Shown: piece by piece, positions 15,301 to 27,940 of the stretch
Numbering within the stretch: position 1 is the first letter of the stretch
Layout: each line of letters begins with the position of its first letter
Assembly: GCF_037042905.1 (NCBI RefSeq)
Contig: NC_087251.1
Location: 13,704,001-13,768,000 of the forward strand
Length of the DNA stretch: 64,000 nt
Direction: 5' to 3'
Source: Lytechinus pictus
Lineage: Eukaryota
Notes under the pieces: generated by a model
Seen by the model: only the letters and a program-made list of their open reading frames with translations
Database searches by the model: none
Told to the model about the DNA's origin: nothing
Translations under genes and position numbers: made by a program

Positions 15301-17156
15301 GAGAGCGAAAGAGACTACAAATGGAAAAGTGAAGTTTAACAAGTCATTACAGAGGAGCATTGTGAGGGTATTCAAAGGTAGTCCAAAAATATGAATACAG
15401 AGAAATGGCGGTGATGGAAAAGTGAAATTTAATAGGCAATCAACAATGAGTCATAATATGGTCTGGTTTTGTGGTTTCTATAATAAAGCATGATTTATGG
15501 TAATCAAAAGTGGAGTTGTATTGTAATCCACTTCTCTCTTACTTGTGTGAAATAGTAGAATTCTAGAGTAAATGGGTTTTTCTTTGCCAACTGTTGGAAA
15601 TTATACTATAGTGGGAAGACATACCGAGTATCATAACTGTAGTACGAGTATGGTCATTTTCATAAGTTAAAATCAGAATAGTAAGTAGTTCATGAATGAA
15701 CAATTAAGAAATTAAAATCATCATAATAGGCAAATTATCTTTAGACCCTCCTGTATTCATGTAACATATAGGCCTATCTTTTTTTTTTGGGGGGGGGAAG
15801 GGGGGGGGTAAAACAGGTTCCATAATATGCATGCTTTTTACTATTGCCGATGAGAAAAATATAACGAAATAAAGAACAATTGATTCATGAAGATGTCAGA
15901 AATAAAAATGATTTAGAGGGCAAAAGATTAATGTTTTTTTCATGTAATATATGATCATCAAACAGCAATTTAAAATACAATCATCAGTTTTGATTTTTTT
16001 TTTATAAATGACCTTAAATTTTGCTGCATCAGTAAAAAGCAAGGACAGCTGCTTCAATAAGCAATAATGGATTTCTAACTCAAATGGGAAATAAATTGTA
16101 ACCTTTGCAATATCAGAACTATCATTGTCTGGAAATGGACTTGGTTGAGTAGTATAGTCCAATTGAAGGTAGATATTGGAATGTCTCTATCTTCAAGGTA
16201 TGACGATCAAACACAGACAAATGCAACACTATCAGAACAAAACGTAAGTTTCTCAATACTGCTTCTCTGTAATAAAACTGGAATCAAACTTTGAACCATT
16301 CAAAGCCAAGATGTTCATCATCTCCTTGACTGCAATATTGGAAGATGGAACATGGGACGTTTTCACCTTGTCTCTAGTAAACCCCTTTTTATTGGTTCTG
16401 CAATGGACTCCCGAGATGTCTTCAGGGGCTTCTGAAGTGGAAATGATTGACTGATTGGATTGTGGGATAAAATGCGGCATGCTGGGAAGTGTAGTTTCAT
16501 CGTCCCCCTCCGGCTACGGGATTTGCCCCCATATTGGATTACCTCTCCGATACAATCATCACAATGGCGGTGCACTTTCAGACGATTTTGCCAAACGTTT
16601 CCGCAGAACTTGAATCGCAAGCTTTACCCTTCATATGGCTACTCCGGGGCTTACAAATAAAGAGAGAATGGGCTACTTTGTGTTGTAAAATTCGATACAA
16701 GCTCATGCATAGCACCACACTGCATGATCAACGGAATAAACGCTTGTAACCTGATTTTGGCCTGCTCCAGGCTGTAATTGTAGAATGGCATTATCAACAC
16801 AACCAAATTACCCATTTTGGATTTCCTTCCCTGTGCATGTACTGTCAAGGTATTTCTGTGAGTCATTATAAAAACAAACCCATTTTTTTTCACCAGACAA
16901 AATACTCTTGCTTCCAACATACGGTATACAATTTTTACAAGAGCATCAGCCATGCTCTCCTAGGCCCTGTAACATTTATACAAGCAATAGATCATATAAA
17001 TTATTGACATGATTGCAAAACGTGGCCAATGTGATCACTTGCGAAAATCAACCTATGATCAGTCCCCTAGATTTGTACTACATTCTCCTGCTGATTTATA
17101 AGACTCTAATATCATCCTTACTTTGAAGAGACAAGGTACATGTACTTCAAGCTTAC

Positions 17157-17246
17157 CCTTTTCTTGCTACAATAGATTTGCCATTTCTTTTCGGGTGACA
17201 GGCTGAACATGCGTTCCTTGTGCTGGGCTACGAGATCTAACTCTTC
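17157..17246 (-). CDS. DAAM: Second coding exon of DAAM-family formin (GTPase-binding region)
   Basis: Acceptor cctcacctacag| and donor |gtaagc bound a 90-nt phase 0/0 exon encoding [30 protein letters not shown]. It matches the DAAM motif ELDL...[14 protein letters not shown] and joins in frame with the preceding exon. Confidence 0.93.
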
Positions 17247-20200
17247 CTGTAGGTGAGGGGAAAATACAAAGAAAACAGAACAAATATCAGTAGGGCTTTC
17301 AGTCATGACGTTCCACGGTATACATCTTTATGACATACCGAGAATAACCTATTTTCAAAGACAATATCCAACCAAGACTTGACTAAAATGTTTCAAATTT
17401 GTTTTCTTCTATATTCTGGGTCATATGGATACACAAATATACTTTTTAGGTACCTGTAATATCAAAAGTCTGATCCATGATTACTCACTTTCCAAAAGCA
17501 TTCATGTATGTTATCTATTTTGTAGTTTTGTGACTTGATTTTACATATAAAATACATACAATATTCTTTGTAGACGACACAATTGGGGAACACTGTGACA
17601 AAGTTATGTAAATTTTATTCAGAAACTTTACATAACATTCCCTGTTTCTATTGATTTAGAGAGTGTCTTTTTGTACCAAAACGGTCTTCCGGTGCTCAGC
17701 AAATGTGCCATTTTACCAGGTAAAAATATCCTTTACCTTTACCGGCTGTAACCTTGACTTGGGGTAGAACTGTCACCATACCACATCCCATACAGGAGAG
17801 TGATAGGAAACCTGTACGGATGTGTGTCCTGGAATCTAAAGTTGACATGATTTTGGTTCGAATTTGACAGATGTCTGCATTTGATCTATCAAATGCCTTC
17901 ATACTTTACACTTTGAGTCTCTTATGAACGTTTTAATTGGCCATTAAAGTATGAAGGGGGACCCCATGTCTGCACACCTGACAATCTTAGTCTAACTATG
18001 ATTGATCATATTTTTTGCTTGTGTCACAAAAATTTTCAGCTAATAATGTTCCATATATTCTTACAAGTAAGTCTGTCAAAAATCTAATAAAAAATGAGAG
18101 ATTAATATGACTTTCTTGAAAAAAAACTTGGCCAGTCATTTCCAGACTAAACAAAAAAATGATGCTCCATGTCTGCGCACCCTTCACTCTACACACGATT
18201 CAGGAATTTTGATGAGAATAATAAGGGCTGAATTTTGAGGCTGTCACATGAAATGCCATTTTTCCCACAATTTGGGTCAGATTTTTTAATGAATATCTTT
18301 CTATATATTATGTAAAGTATAAGTTTGTGGCTGTTGCATGTACATGTATTTTTTGCATATTCACATGAGATCTCATGAATCCCAAATGTACCATTACATC
18401 CCCTATCAATATGACTTTGATGAAAACATGTAAGTTTGGTTCCCCAAAGTAAAAAAGAAATTGCTACAAAAGCTACCTACAAAGGCAACAATGAAACATA
18501 GTGAATTCTTGATAACAAAATTGTCTTGTTTCTTTGATAAACTTTAAAAAATGGGGAAAAACATGTTCATGTACACAATGATTTCTGTTATGGAAAGGGA
18601 GAGAAGATGGAATATAATTTTTTACTTAATAAATTACATACAATGTAATGTATCTAGACTGACACTCGTTTGGAAGCAAGATATCTATGTCACAGCTATG
18701 TCAAGCTAAAGGAGTGTAGTAGTATGGCAAAAAGGTTGTAGTAAAAACTAATTATCATGTAGTAGCCCCATGAACTGATGTACATGTAAGTCTGCAGTAT
18801 CTAATTAACAGGATAGCAGTTGTCTTGATTACATAATGTCGATATGATACCGAATCTCTACCTATTATGTAAGAAGTAACGTTCAAGTGCATTATTTCCT
18901 AATGATTTGGAATTGCATTTTGGTCATTATTGGTTATTTGTCAATAATGAAGAAAAGCTAGATTCAAGAGCATGTATCCATGAACACTGCAGTTTTATAC
19001 ATGTGTATATTTTTAGATTTTTTTACTACGAAAGAAAGCCTATATTATTCATTAGACATATACATGTAGATACAGTTTAATTAATCTCAAAATCAGAGCC
19101 TTTAGGGTAAATAGATCTAGTATCGACCAATAGTAAAAACAGTGATTATCCATTCACCATTATATAAAAACTTGGTTCTTTTCTTTTCATATCAAAATTC
19201 ATTGAATTTATCTTTGCAAATCAGAATTCATGTTTATGCTGTGTATATTTTTATGACAAAACAGAATTTTGTGATCAAGTTTAAAATGAAATAATAGGTT
19301 TTCAGCAACGGAAAAGACATTTTTCTTAAAAATTGAAAATCATTGTGCCTATAGATTTCCCGATGCTTGAGCTTGCTCGTCAAACAATTTGCTAGATCAC
19401 TCTGTTGATGTTGAAACAAAAAATTGAAGCTCTGAGCATGAATTTCTCTTCTCACATAGAACATTCACAAGATTGAACATATGGGATTGTTTATGATTTT
19501 TTGAGGCATGCAGAATCCATCCATGCTTTCAACATTTGCAAAGCTGATCATTCCAGACTGGTTCCCTTTCCTAATATGGTCATGAGACAAATCGTCTTCT
19601 TTTAAAAAACAAAGGGTAATGTTGGTATTAAGGAAACTGCAATGAACCATTCATTTTGTTAGTTTTCAGTGAACAATTTTGTAGCAATTTTTACTAGAAT
19701 AAATTGTGCATGTATACCCACTATATATATAGGCCCTTTATCTAAAAACACAGAATATCACCAATTATCATTGCTGCTGCATTTTCTACATAAATTGCAA
19801 ATAAGGACCCCTTTCTGTGTGATGTTGGTTACATTATCAAGAGATGAAAAATGAGTAAAAGGAAAATTGTTTTCAGTATTCATCCTGTCTCATGCAGTTA
19901 TTTGATGGTAGACCCCCCCCCCTCATACTTAATGTTAAGCTTATCTCTCTTCAGTGACTTTTGATTTTTTGTTGCAAAGGAATACAATACAAATATTCTT
20001 ACATTTCCTTGCTATTCAGATTGATACATTCCCAGATAGTTCACTGAAAATTTTCATCTAATCGGTGTACAGTCACAAAATATTACCCATTTTATTTTTC
20101 AGAAAGTGTTTGTAAATGAGGCTTTTCAGAGATATACATTCATAAATGCGTGAGTTCTAAATATTGGCTTCCTTCCAGTAACCATACATGACCTTGGCTT

Positions 20201-21154
20201 ACAGATAACCTTCACTTGAAAGAGTTCCAAAACTCGTGGTGATCTTTAACAAGAATATGAATCCAATATTTGGCACAAAAATAGGCTTTTTCATAACAAG
20301 ACAGTGTCCTTTCTCCCTTGAAATAAAAATTGTCATTAGTCACAGGAAAACAATTTCCTTTTGTTTCCATTTTGGTATAATATCCTTTCTTGTTAATGTT
20401 TTTATTTTCTTTTGAAAAGGAAATTTGTTCACTTATCCACATGTAACAAAATGAGAAGGCATAAGATGGCTGCAAACTAATACATCCTAACAATGGACAT
20501 GCTTCAGGGATGGTTTTATACCAAAAAATAATAAAGATATGTGGTTTTTCTCATTTTGGTCAGATTCCAACAAAATAAATTGTCATGTTAACTGGCTAAA
20601 TATAATAACTAAAGTTTTTAACTAAACTTAAGTTTTTATTTCATATCATGCACTACGTGACAATTTTTATAGAACACAAACATTCATATAATATGAGGTT
20701 AACTAGAACAGTGACCAAACTTTAAAAGAGGCTTTAACCTACACTGTATGCTATTCTCAAAATCTCTGAAGTCTGAATGAAGGAGACTTGGCGCAAAAAG
20801 AGGAAATATATATTTTAAGAAAGAAGGAAAAGTATCTGAGCTGATATTGCTATCAAAAGTCATATCCGTTTAAGGTCATATAGCACGTGAATCAACACTG
20901 GTAGTTTGAAATCTGGAATAAACTATCAATTTTTTTAATGTGTAACCCAGAAGGGTTTATTTTGAGCCTGATATTTATAGGTTTTAATTTGAGAAGGAAG
21001 ACACGTCTGAGCAGTAAACAGTCTTGACAAGATCAGGGGGTAAAAATAAGCGTGACTACTGAGTCAGGAGTGGAGTGTTCCTTTGTGAAGATGACTTGTA
21101 GTTCGATTTGCTGCCATTTTGTTTCCAAAAGTACATTATCAACATTAATTTTAA

Positions 21155-21737
21155 AGGAGAATGAAACTCTTGGAGCAAGTTACCTTTTGTGAAAGCAGAA
21201 AAATCAAAGAATAAGATCAACAAAACTTTGAGTAAAATAGGACTAACAATAAAAGAGTTATGAGCATTTGAATGTCGAGATCACTAATGCTATGGAGATC
21301 CTCCCATTGGCAATGCGACCAAGATCTGTGATGTCACACACGTACAACTCTCCCATTTGGACACTGAAAATATACCCCAAAACATCTCTTTTTGCTCATT
21401 CTAATCATATGACAAACGATTCATCAATGATATAATGTTGTGAAACCTCTGTACTTGTCATCTCATAAAGAGAACACCTCACCTTGTGATAGACTCTATA
21501 AAAGTGAGAATATAAGTGAAATAAGTACTAAAGTAATGAGGGAGTTGTACGTGTGTGATATCACAGATCTTGGTCGCATTGCCGTTGGGAGGATCTACAT
21601 GGCACTAGTGATCTCAATATTCGAATGCTCATAACTTTCTTATTATTCATTCAATCTTCCTCAAACTTTCAACAATATGTTTCTTTGATTTTTCTCTTTG
21701 ATATGGATTCAGCTGGTTTCAAGGGTTTCATTCTCCT
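21155..21737. mobile_element. Kolobok-like MITE family D, copy 1
   Basis: TIR AGGAGAATGAAAC, TTAA/TTAA TSD, internal inverted segment. Confidence 0.88.
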
Positions 21738-22191
21738 TTAACTTACATTATAAAACATTCTATACAACATCTAAAAACAATTATCAATTGGATCAAGCAT
21801 GTGAGACTGCTTAACGTGAATGAGCCAGCAAAGCACAGAACTTCTTGATAACTTTCATCTATGTTAGGTATGCCTAAGGTTTCAACAGATAAAGATCTTC
21901 TAAATCTTTAGAGGACTAAAAGGATTATCAGAGAATAATCTGTACCGTACCTGAAATTTCAGAAAGGCACTTTAAACAAAAGTGGGCTGTGTTTTCGAGT
22001 GGGAATCCTGTTCAGCTTTTTGTCACTTCGGATTCTCCCATTTCAGTACACACAAAACAATGGAGAATGAATGAATAATGCTGCCAAAGGTGCGGAGCAG
22101 GATTCCTAAGAAAGACATGGCACAGAGTTTTGGAAAGGTGCCTTAAAGTAAAGTTAAGGATTTAAAGCTATTTCATTGAAGTGTTTCTTAC

Positions 22192-22347
22192 CACAAGTTC
22201 TTCAAACTTTGCATTGAGTTCGTCTAGGGGTGGCATGGGATCCTCCTCCTTGATAGTCTGTAGGATCATGTTGTTGTCCACCACGATCTCTGGCGTTTCA
22301 TCTGCGCCACCCAGGCAGCAGAGCATGCTCCGCCTTTTGGCGGGCAT
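22192..22347 (-). CDS. DAAM: First coding exon of a DAAM-family (Dishevelled-associated activator of morphogenesis) Diaphanous-related formin
   Basis: Manual translation from ATG at 22347 gives MPAKRRSMLCCLGGADETPEIVVDNNMILQTIKEEDPMPPLDELNAKFEELV (52 codons), followed by a phase-0 GTAAGA donor at 22191. This resembles the DAAM1/2 N-terminus as I recall it (basic patch, CC, PEI, PMPPxxELxxxFxELV). Not in the ORF track. Confidence 0.9.
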
Positions 22348-22419
22348 CTTGGTAGCGTGACGTGCTGTCCAACCTTACACTTTAGCTGTTACATGAAGTC
22401 CCAGGGTGAATGAAGAAAC
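22348..22419 (-). other. DAAM: 5' UTR portion of the DAAM start-codon exon
   Basis: Minus-strand polypyrimidine tract and acceptor tttcttttttttttctgagcag| ending at 22420, 72 nt upstream of the ATG. Implies an upstream non-coding exon. Confidence 0.65.
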
Positions 22420-22785
22420 CTGCTCAGAAAAAAAAAGAAAAAAGTTGTTACTTTACAGTTTAGTGTTGCCCAACATCTTCAACTTTTCTAAATTATCTAG
22501 AAGATTTAAACTTTAAATCCCTGAAATTACAACAAGAATAGTTGGGGATATCTTTTAAGGAAGACATTAATCTGCCTGCCAGTCTCCAGCAGGTGAGAAA
22601 GCAACAAGATAGAAGTCCTTGAATGGTGTGAGCACTGTCGTGGGGGCCAAGAGGTAGCCTGGCGATTCAAGGTAGTCAAGGTAGAGTTTACGATGCCTTG
22701 AGCACTGTATTTGATGGATTCGGTGGACAAGTGCACTATATAAGTATCATTATTTCATTTCATCACAAATATCAGTGTCACCAAT

Positions 22786-23263
22786 AGGTGGTTTCAGACC
22801 GCCTCGAAGTTCGCCAGTTCCAGGTATTCTCTGATCGGGAAATTTACCCCGATCAGAAAATACCAGGTATTTTGGCGGTGTGAAAGCAAACTACGCGTAA
22901 TATCCCCGAAAGAAAATACCCGATAAATAGTAGGTACTTGGCGAAATTACGAGAACTTTCGCGGGGATTTTTCCAAGGTCGTGGGTATTTTGGCGGTCTG
23001 AAAGCAAATTACGGGAACTTTTAGCCCAGCGTGTCGTTGGGTGCGGCGCCGTGCATGGGTTGCTGCTGGGCTAGTGATTTTGAATTTCGCGCCTTGCTGC
23101 TTATCAGACCATACTGCGCATGCTCGTAACTTCAGGAACTTATCCCGAAGGGTACGTTTCAGGGCGGTGTGAATGCAGGAATAATTAATGGGTATTTTTC
23201 AGCCTAAAAAAGTTCTCGTAATTTAACGGGGATTCTTGTGATCGAGGCGGTTTGAAACCACCT
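22786..23263. mobile_element. 478-bp MITE family C, copy 1 (3-bp TSD, PIF/Harbinger/ISL2EU-like)
   Basis: TIR AGGTGGTTTCA(G/A)ACCGCCTCGA, AAT/AAT TSD. Confidence 0.9.
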
Positions 23264-24929
23264 AATATCAATGATATAACAAAGAACTCAAAATGCATTT
23301 TATTTGCCAATAAATTTTAATGCAAAAAGTTTCGATCACTAAGAAATTTACTGACATCAAGCCTTGCGAAGACAGGTTCCAGAAGTCCTGTAAGTTTTAA
23401 AGAAACAAACCATAAGCTCACAACTCCAGAATTTCAATTTCAGTCGTTTTTCCATCATTAATTAAAGAATTTGTGGCCATTACAATCATAACCAGTTTGC
23501 ACAGTCTCCGGTTTACAGAAAACAGACATCTGTCTCCAAAAAAGTACTTTTACTTGACAGTATTCAAAATGGTCAATGACCACGAATCAGCTTTCTTATG
23601 GGAATAGAGATAGTTTACTGTCTTTTTACTGACCACATAAAAAAATAAGATCATCCATCTCTTGTGGGGCATTAAAAAGAGAAAGAAAACAGCAGCAATG
23701 CCTATTGGATATGCTCCATTTACTGCCAAACAGTTGGCAGGGTTTTTTTACACGAACAAAGCATTTGCAGGAGAAATCTTTGAAAAAATAAAACTGGAAG
23801 ATCTTCTTTCGTGAATGACATATTCCCATCGTGATCATAAACAGATGGTCATGACCATTCCAGGAAGATATCGTCTCCTTTGAACGTCACAAATATCTCC
23901 TTCTTTCACGTAGGGAATCAATAGTCTCTCCCTTTCCTACTTGCATCAAAACATCCAATTATTTAGATATGAAATTTCAAGCCTGCTTTCAGACTTCAAG
24001 AAAAAGAAAACAAAGGATCCAAATTGATCTTGCTTCCGCAACCCAGCGGCAAAATCAGGGATACCCCCAGGTCCGGGACAATGAGTCTAGGTGTTTGCTG
24101 ACAAGACCTTAACTTGGTGAATTATTGGAAGCCTGATAACATGAATATCATGCCAATTATGACCTAGGTGGATAAAACATTCTGAAATGCTACAAATCAG
24201 GGCAACTAATAGGAGTGAAACTTCATAAGGCTTCAATTCAAGATGGTATAGTCTAAAGATGCAGGCCAATCTGACAATCAGTTTTCCTATCCAAACGACA
24301 TGTAAGTTTGGATTTTCCCCAGTTTGAAAACACTCAATTAACAGTTACAGTGATACAATCATCTGCAGTGACAGCGTATGGTATGATAGTAGACAAGGGA
24401 ATTATTGTTTTGTAATTATTCATGATAATACATGGTACTTAACATATATGACCTAGAATAATAAACACTCCCAAACAATATTGAATCTATTTTGGGGCAT
24501 GAAAAGTATGGAAACATAAAAAAAATTGTCACAAATTTGTTCACAATGACTTTGTTATTGTATCGATAAAAAAACCTGAATTTGGGCTAATGCTTCAGGA
24601 TGAAGACAAGACTATCATTCAAAAGAAAATAAAAACAGGTAGCTTCAGCTCTATTTTCTGCTTTTGAAAGGTACTTTTGTAGTTTCCTTCAGAAAACTAC
24701 CCCATTGCCAGCTACAGAAGCAAGAAGATATAAACTGCACTCCACAGGTTGAGGACAATGATATGTGTGTTCTGTACTACAATAATGAATGAAAGGACTT
24801 CTTTATTTCTTCATCATCAATCACTAGAGTTTCTATTACTGCTTCCTCTAAATATAGCTCTGGGTGGTGTGTTAGAAAGCTGATCAGGAGTTATACTACA
24901 GGTTAACTCAGTGAGCAACTGGAATATGA

Positions 24930-25308
24930 TACCCCTTTCATAAACCCATCCTCCAATTAGCGCCTAAGAGTAATGCGGATAATTCAATAAAAATTGCGTT
25001 CACAAACTCCGAAAATAATCCGCACTATTTTTACGAGCGCCCGCCCTTAAAAAGGCGGATAATCGTCATGGCAACCGCACACACCCCCTCCGATGCGGTT
25101 GTGTTGGAAAAGGGTGACCTTGTGTCCGCACCATGGCAATTATCCGCATTACTTTGAAATGCGTTCATAAAGTCAAAATCTGGTCCCGATGCCGCTATTA
25201 TGCAGATAATTGCAGCATCAAAATAATGCGGATAACTCTGGTCCTCCTCCGATTTTAGGACCAGATTATGCTGCTATTAGCCGCATAATTGGGTTTATGA
25301 AAGGGGTA
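24930..25308. mobile_element. PIF/Harbinger-like MITE family A, copy 2
   Basis: Same TIR and internal sequence, flanks TGA/TTA. Confidence 0.88.
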
Positions 25309-27549
25309 TTAGAAGCTAAAAGTAAGGCCACTTTTTCTCTTTGAAATATTAATACAAACTGTGACTATTTCAAATGATTTTACTTATCTTAACACAATAC
25401 ATAGGCCATAAGGCCAATATACTTTGACCCGATTAATACAATTTAACATGTTGAAATGTTAATCAAAATCTTAATAGTCAAACTTCAAGCTAGTGTGATT
25501 GAGACACACAGCTGGCTTGCCATACGTTTGTACAAAACTTAATAGACAGCTTTATGAAAACTGCCCTATAGGCCTATCAAAACCATGTTTTGAAGACTAG
25601 ATATATGAGAGAAAAGTTCAGACAGTCAAAAACAACTGGACCAAGCTGTAAATTCTATATCAGTAGCTTGCACACATCCCCTTGCTTTTATTAGCACCAT
25701 CAAAACACATGATGCTTCTGACAACCCACTTGTGTAAATAATTCTCATCCCTAGCTCAATTATTTGAGCTCTATTTCATTTTTTTCAAGAATAATACACC
25801 AAGGGCTCATGTTTTCCAGGGATATTGGCCAATATTTTTTGCGTCAATATTTTGATATCTTTCAGATGCCTCTTCCTATTGGGGATAAAAACAAGCCCGA
25901 CGCCGTGTCAAAACATGGACCCTATTCACACCTCAAAATATAAGAGTGATAAACATAACTCTGGAGAGATGATGGATTGCCATCATAATGCATAAGTCAT
26001 ATTTCTTTTCCTTCCTTCCGAGAACATGTTCTGAGGCTACAATACGTCATACGTCTCTCACCGTCATATTTCCATGATCGCTTCTATATTTACAGCATGT
26101 TGAAAGTAGATTCACCAGTTCACCACTTTTCAGCATAAGCACTTATTTTTTAAATGTGAAAGCCTCTACCAATGAATCCCTTGCTTTCATATCCCATCCA
26201 GCTCACACTCCATCAGATTTTCATATTCACTGCTCATGGTTTACAGCTTGCTAAATTTAGCAGTTCATTCTACAGGATGAAAGATAAACAAACCGAAATG
26301 GCAGAAAGATGGAGAGGATATTGAAAATCAAAATGATCCTGGTACATATATAGATTTCTTGGATTGAGTTTGATGTCACACAGATCAACGGTTAACAACA
26401 TGGTGCAGGAATGGCATGAACTTTCATGAGCTATAACCACATTAATGATCATCAATCAATAAAATATCCTTACAAAAAGAAAAAAAAAGGTTTTCATGAA
26501 AGAAAATTCTAATTGGCATAGGCTTTATAGGCCTATATAGGCCATATTTTTTTTATATACCAGGGCAAACATATTTCGACCAAGATCGATAAAAATGTCA
26601 ATCATCTAACTATTCAATGCAAAAACAAAAACTTTTATAATTCAGAATAGCAATTGATGTGAGAGGTGCACCCAATGTATATTTTGCCCAATTAGACTTT
26701 ACAATTTCAATTTTCTTTCAATGGAACATTAGCAATTAAGGGAAAATGTTCAATTTCAAATGAAATACATGTAATTTAATCATTAACTACATGTACATAG
26801 GGCCTACATGTATTGTGATTGCACATGAAAAAAAATTAATTGGCTAATAATTAACTTGGACTTGTTGAAAATGGCTATCTGAAGAGTATTCCATATTATG
26901 CATGTTGTACTGTAGTTGTGGTCATGTTATGCCTACATGATTAATAATTGGATTCAGCCTATTTGTACTTTAACAATCTAATATCAGCTGTCATCATCAA
27001 GAGCTTCAATATTGATCCCTCAATTGAGCAAAAACACAATACACAACATGTTTGGTTTGTCATAGCACCTGCTGGTTTCAAAATTGAGATACAAAGCCTG
27101 TTTCATTTGCAAGCACTCAAGGCTGCCTGACTCTCACATGTATATCAGTGATTATGAACCATTTGAATGGAAAACAGCAGGAGATATATGGTATTGTCAT
27201 CAAAGATACATCACAATCCTTTGTTATTTAGAATATTATATGGTTGTGTTCATAGTTTTCGCAATGCAAGTTGGTTATGAATTGCTCTTTGCCTGATAGT
27301 GATACATGCATGAATGGCATATTTTTTCCAAGCAATATCATTATCAATACACAAGCCCATTGGTGCATTTCTGTGTCTGCAATTTTGAGGGAATTACATT
27401 AGCGTCAACTGATAATTCTGTGGATGCAAACTGTGACATCAAAATACATATGTAGGCCTACATCCATTCCAAGTGTTCCAGACCTCAGATAGTATGGCAA
27501 CAATTAGACGTAACCTTTATTTTCAAGACTTTCTCTCAATACAGACTAA

Positions 27550-27940
27550 TACCCCTTTCATAAACCCAATAAAACATATCCTCCAATTAGCCGCCTAAGA
27601 GTAATGCGGATAATTCAATAAAAATTGCGTTCACAAACTCCATAAATTATTTTTACGAGCGCCCGTCCTGAAAAAGGCGGATAATCGTCATGACAACTGG
27701 ACACGCCCCCTCCAATGCGGTTGTGTTGGAAAAGGGTGACCTTGTGACCGCACCATGGCAATTATCCGCATTATTTGGAAATACGTTCATAAACTCAAAA
27801 TCTTGTCCCGATGCCGCTATTATGCGGATAATAGCAGCATCAGAATAATGCGGATAACTCTTGTCCTCCTCTGATTTTACGACCAAATTATGCTGCTATT
27901 AGCCGCATAATTGTGTTTTATTGGGTTTATGAAAGGGGTA
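27550..27940. mobile_element. PIF/Harbinger-like MITE family A, copy 3 (long-TIR subfamily)
   Basis: TIR extended by AATAAAAC, TAA/TAA TSD. Confidence 0.9.

Noticed and set aside
16253..16953. Cluster of short ORFs just downstream of the second DAAM coding exon
   Set aside because: No similarity to the expected next DAAM segment, and stops interrupt the candidate frames.
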